Assembly: GCA_951406725.2 (NCBI GenBank)
Contig: OX597834.1
Span: 25,234,001-25,298,000, forward strand
Direction of reading: 5' to 3'
From: Octopus vulgaris
Taxonomy: Eukaryota
Length of the DNA: 64,000 nt
The notes under the pieces were generated by a model. That model had not been told where the DNA came from, did no database searches, and saw only the letters and a program-made list of their open reading frames with translations. Made by a program: the position numbers and the translations under genes. How positions within the stretch are numbered: position 1 is the first letter of the stretch; each line of letters starts with the position of its first letter. Positions 29,628 to 44,639 of this stretch are shown piece after piece.

Positions 29628-29896
29628 AATCCATATATATATATATATATATATATATTGTTTGTATAAAGAAATATTTGCATACGTGTATACATATATA
29701 TGCATATATACGTGTACATACCTACGTGTGTATGTATATACACATATAGATATACATATATATATATATAAACACACATATATACATATATATATATCAT
29801 GTGATTAATACCGAGATACTGAATCAATCGGTAACAACGACCGGTTCATAAAACAATACAAATATAAAAGCAATGGTAACACGGGAAAAAAATTAC

Positions 29897-29977
<81 letters not shown>

Positions 29978-30315
29978 GTATGTGGCAAAAACATGTAACA
30001 AAAGCAATGACAATACTAAGCTGGAGGATATGATAGAGTATAAACATTGATATAAATATAATAGGCGATAAAAAAAATTACTATACATGCATATGTATGT
30101 ATATGCGTGTGTTTGTACATATGAGCATATATACATATATATAGATATATGCCTATATGTGCGTGTACATCTATTATGTATATGCAAATATATATTATTT
30201 ATAGGCAAGTATATATATAGATACATGTTTCTTCAAAATGTGTCTCTGTGTGTGTGTCTGTGTGTGTGAATGTGTGCATGTATAGGTTTATGCATGCATA
30301 TATTCATACACTGTC

Positions 30316-30359
<44 letters not shown>

Positions 30360-30695
30360 CTTCTCTCTTTCTCCCTCTCTGTCTCTCTCCCTCTCTCTCT
30401 CTTTCTCTATCGCTCTCAGCTGCACGGACACATACGCCCGCGCACACACTCACACGCTCTCACACATACAGGCATGGACACACGCGTATGAGAAATAGAA
30501 CTCAGAATAATACAGGAATCAAAATCTGGTTCCACTAGAGAGTTCTGTCTGCCCAATTATGAGTTAATCATCTTATATATTGGTCTCAGTCATTGGAGAT
30601 TTCTGTAGACGGTGAAGAATTGGTAGCACAGCGCCGCTGCTTTGAAATCTACCGCCATTTTACCTCGCAATGTACATGTGCTGTATGTGTGTGTA

Positions 30696-30774
<79 letters not shown>

Positions 30775-30914
30775 ATGTGTATGTGTGCCTATATACACAC
30801 ACACACTCCGAAGCTTATTAATAATTCATAAACACACTTGCAGCTTCTAAGCAGGCTTCTGAATGGGATTTATATATATATAGACAGATACATGTGTGTG
30901 TGTGTGTGCATGCC

Positions 30915-30946
<32 letters not shown>

Positions 30947-30957
30947 CATGCCTATAA

Positions 30958-31031
<74 letters not shown>

Positions 31032-31185
31032 TTATTTATAATAAGAGATATATATACGTATGTGTGTGCATAAATATATGTGTACATATATCCGTGAACA
31101 TTTACTGAACATCCACTGTTCAAAGATATGTGTCGACAGGACATCTCTCTACCCCACTCTCTCTCTCTCTCTTTCTCTCTCTTTT

Positions 31186-31229
<44 letters not shown>

Positions 31230-31321
31230 GCACTCTCTCTCTCTGTATATATAAATATGCGTGTGTGTATGCATATATATATATATGTGTGTGTGTGTGT
31301 GTATGCGTATATGTATGCATA

Positions 31322-31363
<42 letters not shown>

Positions 31364-31372
31364 TATAAAAAC

Positions 31373-31451
<79 letters not shown>

Positions 31452-31615
31452 TATATGCATATATACACATATACTACTTATATGTGCAGATGTGTGTACA
31501 TATATCTATATCTATATCTCGATATATGTACATATATATATATGTATGTATGCATGTATGTATGTATATACACACGCACGTACATATAGATAGAAACATA
31601 GATAAATAGACAGAC

Positions 31616-31681
<66 letters not shown>

Positions 31682-31896
31682 GTAGGTAGGTAGGTAGGTA
31701 GGTAGGTAGGTAGGTAGGTAGGTAGGTAGGTAGGTAGGTAGGTAGGTAGGTAGGTAGGTAGATACATAGATGTGCTTGTATGTGTGAGTGTGTTTATCTG
31801 TCGGCATATATACCTCTGAACTCTAATAAATGTTGAGTTTATGACAGTTATATGTTTTTGTGTATGTATGTGCGTATATGTATATATATATACATG

Positions 31897-31980
<84 letters not shown>

Positions 31981-32191
31981 CATATATATTTATACATACA
32001 TATACATATATATGGATATATGTAAATATGTATATGATATGTACATATTTACTGGTATGTAAAGACACGCAAACATATTTATATATGCACAAAGACAAAC
32101 ATACAAACACATACCCTAACAGACATTATTATTATTATTATTTATTATTACATATATACATACATACATATATAAATATAGGTGTATGTAT

Positions 32192-32232
<41 letters not shown>

Positions 32233-32860
32233 TACATATATATTTATATATACTAATATATATATGTATATAAATATATGTATATATATATATATATATG
32301 TATGTATATGTATGTATAATGTATGTGCATGTATGTATACATGCATATACATATATAGATATATCTACATGTAAATATACATCGCGTTATGCATTCAATC
32401 TATGGGTTACATGCACAGAGATTGTTGTATGCACCGCCAAAATAAATTATACGTTAACGTTATAGATTCGTTCCAATCCCAGCCTTCGGTGTGAGCTTGG
32501 ATACGGCCAGTTCTGCTTTCTCTTTCTCCAGAGTTCCTATTCAATTAGCTCTTCAGTTTCATGTGATTAAAGAGATGAAATACGTTTGTTGCAGTGAACC
32601 AACATGGTTATTGTTATTGTTTGGTTTGTTAATGTAGAGAGAGGCGGGTATAAAGAGAGAGAGGCGGTATAGAGAGAGATAGAGATGCGGGTATAAAGAG
32701 AGAGAGAGAGAGAGAGAAAACATTGTGTGAAAACTGTTCGAAGCTGCTTGGAGGTGGTGAGGTGGTGGATATAGTTTCAGCAATCGGTCGCTTTCAGAGT
32801 TCGAGACCTGTTTTCTGTTTGAACTGATTTTTTTCTTCTTCGGAAGTTAACACTAGCATG

Positions 32861-32940
<80 letters not shown>

Positions 32941-33084
32941 AGAAAATGGAGAAATACAACTAAATCAAATATCAATTACCAGATAATACTCAATCACATA
33001 CTTTATTAAACCACCACATAAGAGACTGTAGGGTTAAACATAAAAAAAAACAGAACAAATCAGTGTACATAAAGGAATGTACAT

Positions 33085-33647
<563 letters not shown>

Positions 33648-33658
<11 letters not shown>

Positions 33659-33813
33659 TCTTTCATTTTCCTTCTACCAAATCCACTTACAAGGCTTTGG
33701 TTTTCCAGAGGCTATAGCAGAAGAAACTTAATCAAGGTGCCACGCAGTGGGAGTGAACCCGGAGTCGTGAGGTTGGGAAGCAAGCTTCTTACCACACAGC
33801 CACTCCTGCGCCT
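33648..33813 (-). mobile_element. SINE family A, 5' half
   Basis: cgatgggcttctttca..ggtgccacgcagtgggagtgaaccc..cttaccacacagccactcctgcgcct. Confidence 0.85.
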
Positions 33814-33934
33814 ATATATTAAATTGTTCGAAAATGTGTGTGTGCATTTTCTCTCCTGAGATGAAACTACTAATCATAGTGATGCATTTCAATTCCCAAA
33901 ACTTTTTTTATGAGTGTATGTATGTGTGTGCTTG

Positions 33935-33966
<32 letters not shown>

Positions 33967-33970
33967 GTGA

Positions 33971-34150
33971 GGACGCATGGCCAAGTGGTTTAGGGTGTTG
34001 CACTCACAATCGCGAGTTCGTGGTTCCAATTCATGGTTGTGTTCTGGAGCAAAACACGTCATGTCACGTTGGTCTGCGAGCACTTTGGCACCTTACGTAT
34101 GAAACAGCGTGCACCTGTTCAAGGAACGTCGATTTGATGGAGAAAGTGAG

Positions 34151-34151
<1 letters not shown>
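33971..34151 (+). mobile_element. tRNA-derived SINE family C
   Basis: ggacgcatggccaagtggtttagggtgttgcactc head; reverse-strand relative at 51050-51240. Confidence 0.7.
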
Positions 34152-34220
<69 letters not shown>

Positions 34221-34589
34221 TATATACATACATATATGTAGATACCTACATATATTTGTATATATACATACGTATATCAGTACAGGACATCAAAAAACGT
34301 GAACAAAATGAAAAACGAGAACATAAAAACGAACTTTTTTTAAACAATGACCATTATTCATGTCTCGTCTTGTATATTACTCTGCATAAAAACCAATATA
34401 ACTGAAGCACACCCATGGGTTTACAATATAGAATGAGGATGAGCTATAACCTCAGATCTTGCCACAAGAGTACACGGAGTTCTTTGCTGATCAAAACAGT
34501 ATTGTTAGCTTGGTATACAAATAGAGAGCTTATTAAGTATTTTGCCCGGATTGATAATGCCTCACTAATAACGCATATATATATATATA

Positions 34590-34765
34590 TAAAGGGAGAG
34601 TTTACGAAAAAATCAAAAGACGAAAACAGGTGGTGTACAAAACAAACAGATGTATTAGTATAACGCTCAGGAATTGAAAAAGTATTTTACGTTTCGAGCC
34701 TACGCTCTTCTACAGAAAGGGACACAGAAAACAAGGAGAGAAAAAACGTGTAGTGGTTAACGATA
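34590..34765 (-). mobile_element. Short PLE-terminus-like repeat with a degenerate hammerhead motif
   Basis: Minus ttt-CTGTAGA-A-GAGC(gtag)GCTC-GAAAC-GTA-aaa at 34685-34718. Confidence 0.5.
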
Positions 34766-34770
34766 TCTAT

Positions 34771-34835
<65 letters not shown>

Positions 34836-35146
34836 ATATATGTGTGCGTGTATGCATGTATGTATATATAATATACATATATCTTCAACAATGCTTGTGC
34901 GCAAAATGTTACTTGCATGGATGTGTGTGTATACGTTTGTATGTGTGCGCGCGCGATTGCATGGGAATATATGTATGTGTGTGTGCGAGAGTATGTGTAC
35001 GTGTGAATATGTGTTTCTATTTATGTGCTATTGTGTATATACATATTTACTTGTGTGTTTATATATGGATATAGATATATATTATATAAAGCGATACATA
35101 ATTATAGAGATGAATATTGTGTGTATGTGGTTATGTACAGGAATGT

Positions 35147-35197
<51 letters not shown>

Positions 35198-35870
35198 ATA
35201 AAGAGAGACAGACAGACAGACAAACAGACAGAGAGTGAAACAAACAGAATTAATGAAATTACAACTGAGATGAAGAAAGGAGAGAGAAGGGAGATAACAA
35301 TAACACTTTCTTTCTAAAACAAACCAAACACGAAAAACAACATCAACTGCAACAACAACAACAACAACAACAATAGCATTCTTGAAACAATCTCCAAGAA
35401 TCAATAATTAAAACTTATTATTCCAGTTACCATTGTTGGTTAGTTATTATTACAGTAACCATAGCAACAAGAACACCGCGCACACTCACAATTACCCGCC
35501 TCACCCCCACTTCTCTTCTCTTTCATCCTGCCTAACATAGTATGATCGTAGGCAATATCACCCTCAACCCAGTTGATCCACAGACTAGAAACTGTAGTTA
35601 AATTGCCCTAAAAATCATGTTTCTCCTTCATGAGAATCAAAAGGTCGTATATATTTGTGTATCCGCATGTGTGTTTCTATATGTGTGTACATACATACAT
35701 ACGTACGTACATACATACATACATACATACATACATACATACATACATACATGCATACATACATACATACATACATACATACATACATACATACATACAT
35801 ACATACATACATACATACATACATACATACATGCATACATGCATGCATGCATGCATACATACATACATAT

Positions 35871-35901
<31 letters not shown>

Positions 35902-36138
35902 CACACATGCATACATATTCGTACCCACATCTGATACATATAGAAAGATAGATAGATAGATACATAGATACATACATAAATACATATATGCATACATACA
36001 GGCATGCATATAGCCATGCATGCATACACACACTCACACATACATACATATACATACATATACATACATATTCGTACCCATAAGATACATATAAAAAGAT
36101 AGATGGATTCATACATTGATAGAAAGATAGATGGATTC

Positions 36139-36211
<73 letters not shown>

Positions 36212-37486
36212 CAGATAGATAGATAGATAGATAGATACATACATACATACATACATACATACATACATACATACATACATACATACATACATACATACAT
36301 ACATACATACATACATACATGTATGCATGTATATATGTTCAAAATTTATATAGAAGCACAACAAACGAAAAATACATAGAATGGTTCTAAATCCTCGAGA
36401 GTTATTGTCCAAAGGATCAATAGCAATTTCACGCCTTTAACGATAATTTGTTTTCACCTTTGGTGGTATCAGGGACGAGAAGTCGCCGGGAAATAATCAA
36501 CAAACAAGGAACAGAGACGAAAACAAGCACAGCAGAATGGGAACATACGAACAAAAGGAAATAAATATATATTATACACACAAAACAATATAAAAGAATA
36601 TAGAAGAAAGTTTTGCGTCTCAAGATGATACGAATAGCGAAGAAGGAACAGAGACGAAAAGAAACACGACAGAAAGGGAACATACGAATAAAATGGAATA
36701 AATATATATCATAGAAACAAAATAAGGCCCTGCGGCCGAAACACGAGACGAATATATGGGTAATTCCAGGAAAAGTGTTCTAAAGGACTAAAAACGAAAA
36801 GAACAGCAGTGAGACAAGCCGTGTGATGGAGAAGAGATGTTAAGATGACCACGGGTCACGTGGCAGTGGGAGGAGGAAGTAAAAGTGGTGGCGGGCAGAG
36901 GGATGGATGAATGCTTGTGTGTATTTATTATTGACTTCTTACAACATGGCCAGATGTTACGACTCTCGTCTCTTCGGATAAAATTCTTCGAGATGACATG
37001 GATTGCAACGTATGACCGTTTTGTAAGAACATAATAAAAGCCAAATATTAGATCTGTGGTTAAGAAGATCACTTCGAGACCGAGTGGTGTCGAGTTCGCT
37101 TCCATTGAGTAACTGAGCAACGTTCTTCTACTATAAAGCAGGTGAGTGGCTGAAGTAGAGTGAACAATGTATGAATTCATCTATCTTTCTATGTGTGGGA
37201 AATAGTTGAGAGGGTAAATGTTTTTAATTTTCATTCCTTTCGTGAATTTATTCCTTTTTTGTGTTCTAGCACAACGCTTTCCTATTTGGAAGCCTCTTAT
37301 TGTATTTCTATATGAATAATATATAGTCTAATGACTAATTCGTTTTTTGTGCTTGGCCACTGGTAATAATAATTTATTATTACCCTATTTTATTATGTAT
37401 AGATATACATATATATATATACATACACATAAATATATACACACATGTATATATATATATACATATGTACGTACATATATATTTAT

Positions 37487-37565
<79 letters not shown>

Positions 37566-37689
37566 TAAATAAATGGAGTTTAACGCAGGTGTAATCAAAT
37601 ATTTTTACTTTCGACACATGTTTCGAAAATTCCACTGATACTATTCAAAAGAATGAATGGTATAAACAAGGTAAAAATACACTCATCTA

Positions 37690-37755
<66 letters not shown>

Positions 37756-37770
37756 ATGTATGTATGTATG

Positions 37771-37810
<40 letters not shown>

Positions 37811-37812
<2 letters not shown>

Positions 37813-38052
37813 ACGAAGGAAGCAGAAGATAGATTTGGCACTAGTCTTTAGGGAATGGTCACTTATTGTTTCGACTCATCCTGCAGCTTGTGTCACATCA
37901 CCTGACGTACCTGATGTGATACAAACCGCACAGATTGATGCAACACAATTAGATGCACAAGGTCCAACCCATAACGGACAGTTGCAGGATGGGTCGAAAC
38001 GAATGTTGCACTGAATAAAAACTAGTGCTAAATATAACTTCCTTTTCTGTCA
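37811..38052. mobile_element. Back-to-back inverted pair of hammerhead-bearing PLE-like ends
   Basis: ttggcactagt..gtttcgactcatcctgcagct..gtcacatca mirrors ctgatgtgatac..gttgcaggatgggtcgaaac..actagtgctaa. Confidence 0.6.
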
Positions 38053-38209
38053 TTGGTTATTATTATCCCAACAAAGACTACGGAATTCCTGATGTAGATC
38101 CAGAGAAAATATACCCCAACCATGGATGACACCAGGTAGCCCAAACTGTGAACGTGCTTTACTCAACACACTAACTGACATATTCTCATCAGTCAAAAAA
38201 AGTTAGATA

Positions 38210-38847
38210 CAAGGGGGTACCCATAAGAAACCGAAATTTTGCAATATTTTTTTATTCACTTAGTTTTACATGTTTACACTTTTATCACCTTCAAAGTATT
38301 CCCTATTTAAAGCAATACATCAGTCCAAGTGCATTTTCCACAATTCGGAGCATTGCTGGGACTCTTGCGACATGATGCCTTTCAACGCCTCTGTCGTTTT
38401 TTTCTTCACCTCTTCCACATTTGCAAATTCCGAAGCACTAGCTTTCGTCACCAGTGATGACCTTCGAAAAAAGGTCCGGATCAACTTCTAACTGTTTTTT
38501 CAGTTCACGATATGCATTCAGTCGTGACTGCTTTTGATCTTCCATGAGCAAGCGAGGCACAAATTTTGCTGCAAACCTTTTCATTCGCAATAAATTCCTC
38601 GCTCAAAATTCGTTGGTAGGGACTCCAGGACACAATAGTCATATAAACAATTTCGACAATTGTTTGATGATGGTCCTCCAAGATCAGTTCATGAATTTTC
38701 ATGGGGTTTGCATTCGTTCGGAAGGTCGACGGTCGTCCTAAACGAGGTTGGTCTTCAAGCTACAAGTGGTAATTCCTAGAGCGTGGAAACCACTCGTACA
38801 TTTGTGTTTTGCTCATGGCAACAGCCTTCTAAGTTGTTTGAAGTATG
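38210..38847 (-). mobile_element. Internally deleted mariner, same family as 725-2458
   Basis: TA + caagggggtacccataagaaaccg TIR; MKIHELILEDHH; MMPFNA.VVFFF antisense segment shared with 800-860. Confidence 0.85.
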
Positions 38848-38926
38848 ACATAAACACACCACCATCGTTTGTCAAGCGATGGCAGGGGACAAACACACAC
38901 ACACACACACACACACACATTAACAA

Positions 38927-38979
<53 letters not shown>

Positions 38980-39137
38980 CGACGGGCTTCTTCCAGTTCT
39001 CGTCAACCAAATCCACTCATAAGGCTTTGGTTAACCCGAGGCTATAGTAGAAGACACTTGCCCAATGTGTCATGCAATGGGACTGAACCTGAATCCATGC
39101 AGCTGGGAAGCAAGATTCTTACCATACAGCCACGCCT
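38848..39137 (-). mobile_element. SINE family A
   Basis: gtcaagcgatgg..cgacgggcttcttccag..gaggctatagtagaagacacttgccc..cttaccatacagccacgcctg. Confidence 0.85.
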
Positions 39138-40019
39138 GTGTGTGTGTGTATACAGGTGTGTATATATAAAACGTAAATCCGAAAGAAGCACATTCTAAGA
39201 TATAGAGTAGATATATAGCAGTATATATTCCCGTCCCTAAGGGGTATAGCTTTATGGTGTATCATCAGATCCCAAAACCTGTTGGAGCCACGAGACCTGT
39301 TTCAATTCATTCTGTCCCTCTACTCCGTTATCAGTTGTTGTTCACATATCGTCCACTTCTTCACTACTTCACTGTCCTCAACTTTTATGAATCACCGGAG
39401 GTTTTAAGTATGATCTAAATCTCGGAACACTTCCCACATCCAATAAACTTTTAATTAGACAAATTACAATAATCAAACTGAATGGAAATGGTAAATGGAG
39501 AGACTTACTTCATTTTTGCCGGATGCTAATTTATCGAGTTGTCATTCCATTTCGCCATTTCGATACATTAACGTCACGTAGTAATTGAAGTTAATTATTA
39601 TTTTTCTCATAAATAAAATCGTTTGAGTGAATCAGATTATAACTAATATGTTACAGACACTAACTATCGTTACCCATTTCCATTAAATCAAATTGGGAAT
39701 TTCAAACACACGAGAAACATTATATTTTCTACAGTTTCTGGTTTAACCTTATAGAGTTTAGCGAAACTGCTACTACGCAAGTAAGTTAAAATTAATAGAG
39801 TCGCATTTTCAACGTTAAATCATAAAAACACATTTACATTGTATAATTAAGGCTGCGGATCGGGAAAGAATATTTAAGTTCGTTGCTTCAGTGACATTGC
39901 TGCTGTATAATGAAGTGGTGTAAATGGAATGGTATAAATGTTCTAACCTTTTAGCTTTACAGTTTTTAGCTTTGGTTGGAAACGAGATCAGGAGTAAAGG
40001 ACCCGACTATTCAAAATAG

Positions 40020-40200
40020 CCGCAGGAGAATTCTTGGCCGGAAGCATTGCAGTAAAAGTTGTTCACGTCAACATATAAAGGACTGGCTGAGAAAATAAGG
40101 CCAGTAAAGGTTTCTGACATGTGAGGGCATGGGTGGGATTGCTTGTTGTTCGTTAATAAAGGTCATTTCACTATGGATTGCCTGTTCATAAAATGTCATA
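40020..40200 (+). mobile_element. Possible LINE ORF1 zinc-knuckle remnant
   Basis: C....NKGHFTMDCL near 40140-40186; frameshifted and weak. Confidence 0.25.
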
Positions 40201-40804
40201 TATTTCTGGATCTTTTTTGCAGAGGGAGCCTTCTTTAGATTTTCTTAATGGTGGAATCTGTCCTGGGGTTGGAATCCATCATAGGAATGGGATCTGTGAT
40301 AGGAGATGGAATCTCTCAGGAAATGGAATATTAACATAATTTATGAATCTATTCCGTTGTATTCCAGGGATTAATTAACCTTGTCTCAAACACCATCGGC
40401 TAGCGGTGGGGAAATGTCAAAAGTTCTCTGTCTCTCCCTCTCTCTCTTCCTCTCCCTCTCTCTTCCTCTCCCTCTCTCTTCCTCTCCCTCTCCCTTCCTC
40501 TCTCTCCCCCACTTCATACACGCGCGCATACACACACACATACTAGTTCTAATGAAGCAACTCCATATTTGAAGGAACTATATAAACATACATACATATA
40601 TACACATATATATATACATATACATATGTGCATACACACATACATACATATTCTTTTACTTGTTTCTGTCATTCTGTATGTATGTGTTCATACGTGTGTC
40701 TGTGTTCGTATGTGAGTATGTTCGTGTGTGTATTCATGCTGTATGTGTGTGTTGGTGTGTGTGCGTGTGCGTGTGTGTGTGTAAAATTGAAAACAGACAT
40801 AACG

Positions 40805-40979
40805 GTTTCAAATTTTGGCAAGTCGATTGCATAATCCCCAATATTTGATTGTTACTTATTTTATCGACCCTGAAATGATAAAAGTCGGAATTTGAAATCA
40901 GAACATAATGAAATAGCCCTAAGAAATGTTGCTAAGCATTTTGTACGAAGTGCTAACGATTCTACCAAATCTCAGCCTT
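40805..40979 (-). mobile_element. SINE family B, diverged
   Basis: ggtttcaaattttggca..acttattttatcgaccctgaa..ggaatttgaaatcagaac..gtgctaacgattct. Confidence 0.75.
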
Positions 40980-41139
40980 TGGAAACAGAAATAATTGCCC
41001 TAGATATTACAGCGTCTTCGAAAGACCATTTCCACTTTGAAATCTCTCTAAGAACTTAAACAACAATCATTGCATTGCTATATTTTATGTCCTGCGATCG
41101 AATTTTTCAGACGTTGAGCGAAGTTCCAAGAATCTAAAT

Positions 41140-41357
41140 TCTTTTATTTTTTTACTTGTTTCAATCATTAAATGCGGCCATACTTGGATCACAGCGTTAA
41201 AGGGTTTTAGTAGGACAAATCGACCCCATGACTTATTCTTTTTAACCCTAGTACTTATTCCGTCGGTCTCTTTTGCCGAACCGCTAAGTTACGGGGACGT
41301 AAACACACCAACACCGGTTGTCAAGCGATGGCGGGGGGGGTGACAATCACAAACACA

Positions 41358-41392
<35 letters not shown>

Positions 41393-41400
41393 GCGCACAA

Positions 41401-41436
<36 letters not shown>

Positions 41437-41611
41437 ACACACACAAGCATATACGACGGGCTTATTTCAGTTTCCTTCTACAAAATCCATCCACAAGGCT
41501 TTGGCTGGCCCGAAGCTATAGTGAAAAACACTGACCCAAGATGCCACGCAATGGGACTGAACCCGGTGCTATTTGGTTGGAAGCAAACATCTTACCTCAT
41601 AGCCACGCCTA
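41140..41611 (-). mobile_element. SINE family A, full length
   Basis: Collinear with the 333-697 copy. Confidence 0.88.
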
Positions 41612-41694
41612 ATGTGAATATTATCAACAAGAAACTCTTATATATCTATCTATCTATCTATCCATAAACATACCTACATACCTACCTACCTACC

Positions 41695-41841
<147 letters not shown>

Positions 41842-41848
41842 TATATAC

Positions 41849-41893
<45 letters not shown>

Positions 41894-41894
41894 C

Positions 41895-42300
41895 TGAAAT
41901 CAAATGAATATTGATCCCGCATTCTCGGGCCAATTTGTTGAATCTTTAATGCTTCCCGCATGTTTTAATACCAAATATTCCCCTACCTTTGTTGAGAAAT
42001 TTTCTGCTTTGTCAAAACGCCAAAAGTTTTGAATCATATATCTGGATTCGTTCATCAGTTACACTTGAAGAAATTCTAAAGAAGTCGTTGAATCTTGTCA
42101 ATTCATATCCGGAACATGTTGGAGGAAGTGTTGGTGAAGAATTTGTATAGCTTATTGCAGTGTTTAAAGGTTGAAATATTTCTGATGTCGGTGCCAGGCA
42201 AGATATCATAGAGTTACAATTTTGCTGTCTGGTAAAAGACAATTCTCTGAAACTTTATTTTCCAAATGTAGAAAATGCCGGACACATCTACTTCTTACTT
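41895..42300 (-). pseudogene. Decayed Penelope-like GIY-YIG region
   Basis: QHVP followed by TFGVL...[13 protein letters not shown] (like EAL.I....P.lN). Confidence 0.4.
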
Positions 42301-42453
42301 AAGGTTTCTATCTGCAATAACGCATAACGCGCAATTCAAAACTGAACCGGATTAAAACTTCTATGTGCGGCATATGTATCGAGATATGCTTCTCTTTTTG
42401 TTCCACCAAACTTATACACACACTCAGACACACTTATATATTCTCCTCTTTGT

Positions 42454-42491
<38 letters not shown>

Positions 42492-42496
<5 letters not shown>

Positions 42497-42848
42497 CTCA
42501 GTCGAAGTCGACTCTCGGTTACTCGTTGGATCAGTGTCCACCAGTCAGTTCTACCCTGGGCCGCTTCTTTCAGATTGGCTATGTCCATTCCGGTATCACT
42601 CTTGATGGTGTCAAGCCAGCGGGTTCTTGGTCGGCATCTTCCTCTCTTGCCACTGACCATTCCGAGCATGATGTCCTTCTCCAGAGATTTTCTCCGCATA
42701 ATATGACCGAAATATGATAATCTATGCTTGGTGATCCTAGCTTCTAGCGACATTTTCGGCCTGATCTGCTTAAGAACTTCTCCATTGGTGAGCCTCGCTG
42801 TCCATGGAATCCGTAAAAGTCTTCTCCAACACCAAAGCTCGAATGCAT
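42492..42848 (-). mobile_element. RTE (Bov-B-like) LINE, 5'-truncated 3' end, inserted in (TA)n
   Basis: Open frame NAFELWCWRRLLRIPWTARLTNGEVL..LSYFGHIMRR..MLGMVSGKRGRCRPRTRWLD..RVTESRLRL. Confidence 0.93.
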
Positions 42849-42869
42849 TATATAGTGACAAAGAGGAGA

Positions 42870-42901
<32 letters not shown>

Positions 42902-42957
42902 AAACTTACTTGGAAATGGAATCGGCGTTCAATCAAATAATAATATAATATATATAT

Positions 42958-43093
42958 ACATGCATATATGGGTACAGGACGTCACCAACAGTAAACAACA
43001 TGAAATACGAAAACAAATGAGTTCAATATGCAAACAACGAGAGAAACAAATGGAAAACAGGACAAGTAACACAAAGAACGCCCCTTCATCAGT
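42958..43093 (-). mobile_element. PLE-terminus-like repeat, inverted partner of 44710-44848
   Basis: gggtacaggacgtcaccaac..caggacaagtaaca..ccttcatcagtt; matching ORF peptides MHIWV.DVTN..RKQMSSI.KQREKQ on opposite strands. Confidence 0.65.
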
Positions 43094-43100
43094 TCGACCC

Positions 43101-43479
43101 TGCGTGGCTGTGTGGTTAGTAGCTTGCTAACCAGCCACATGGTTCCGGGTTCAGTCCCACTGCGTGGCATCTTGGGCAAATGTCTTCTGCTATAGCCCCG
43201 GGCCGACCAATGCCTTGTGAGTGGACTTGGTAGACGGAAACTGAAAGAAGCCTGTCGTATATATGTATATATGTATGTGTTTGTATCTCTGTGTTTGTGT
43301 GTCTGTGTTTGTCCCCCTGGTGTGTTTACGTCCCCGTCACTTAGCGGTTCGGTAAAAGAGACCGATAGAATAAGTACTGGGCTTACAAACAATAAGTCCC
43401 GGGGTCGATTTTCTCGACTAAAGGCGGTGCTCCAGCATGGCTGCAGTTAAATGACTGAAACAAGTAAAAGAGAGTAAAG

Positions 43480-43480
<1 letters not shown>
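43101..43480 (+). mobile_element. SINE family A, near full length, young-looking
   Basis: A box gtggctgtgtggtta, B box gggttcagtccc, tail ggcggtgctccagcatggctgcagttaaatgactgaaacaagtaaaagag. Confidence 0.92.
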
Positions 43481-43521
<41 letters not shown>

Positions 43522-43540
43522 ATGTATATATATATATAAC

Positions 43541-43987
43541 TAAAGTGTTTGTTATAGGCATGTATAAGATAAAATCTTATATAAAACACACTACTAACAA
43601 TTAGAAAAATGGAGAAGAGATGCTAAAAGTTCAAATTAGAATTGAATTTCCACACACGACCGTTTCGAATGGTAATACCGACATGTAAGAAAAAACATTA
43701 ATGATAATTAAAATAGATATGTATTACCATTCTTGTCAGTGCAAAAAATTAAAGGAAAACATCAAAAAAGGTATTAACAAAAGAAAATTATGGTAATACA
43801 TAACTATTTTGATTATTATTATTATGATTGATATTTTTTTCTTTCATGTTGGTATTACCATTCGAAACGGTCGTATGCGGAAATGAAATTCTAATTTGAT
43901 CTTTTAACATCTCTTTTCCCTTTTTCATATTGTTAGTAGTGTTTTATATAAGATTTTATCTTATACATGCCTGTAACAAATTCTTTA
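43541..43987. mobile_element. Back-to-back inverted pair (arms about 190 bp) of hammerhead-bearing PLE-like ends
   Basis: Minus 43743-43651: tgca-CTGACAA-gaatggtaatac...gtattaccattc-GAAAC-GGTC-GTG-tgtg; plus 43790-43879: atggtaatac...gtattaccattc-GAAAC-GGTC-GTA-tgcg. Confidence 0.75.
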
Positions 43988-44120
43988 CTTGTTATTTTCA
44001 TATTTTAATTACTTGCTATAGCAGGCTATCGTTTTGATATGATGAATATTTAATAGAAATATATCTTTTTGGATTCCCCTCCCCCCACCCCAAAAAAGTT
44101 TGAATTGCTCTACTTGAACT

Positions 44121-44189
<69 letters not shown>

Positions 44190-44639
44190 TGTTTATATTA
44201 TTATTTGATTGAACTCCACGCATCCATTTCCAATTAAGTTTATCTTAATCCTTTTGATGCGACTCTAATCTATACTGTTTTCTCCCCCATCTTTTTCTCC
44301 CCTTCACCGTTTTCTATCTCTCTCACACTCTCTCTCTCCCGTTCTTTCTCTTTTCCTCTCTCGTTGCTCACACGTGACCATCGTCCATCTTTTCTTTACG
44401 TGATTACCTTTCTGTTCCTTCAGGACTGTCCTAAGGACTGGATGTATTCTGTCTCTCTCTCTCTTATCCTTTTTCTTTCCAAAGAAAATATTTCTCCAGC
44501 GTTCGCTATTTTACCCCCGTTCTAGTCTAACGACTCTCCATGTTTGTTTTCGTTCGGTTTCCTTGTATGTCTCCACTGTCCTGTTTTTGTTCCCAACTTT
44601 TGACCCTCCATAAATACAAAATTTTATTCTAGAATTTAT

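Noticed and set aside
36420-36478. Minus-strand CTGAT...GAAA hammerhead candidate
   Set aside because: G8/A9 are absent and no consistent stem I or III could be drawn
39486-39562. Possible pre-miRNA hairpin (gaaatggtaaatgga / ttccatttcgccatttc)
   Set aside because: Stem only about 15 bp with a large weakly paired loop; no recognisable mature miRNA
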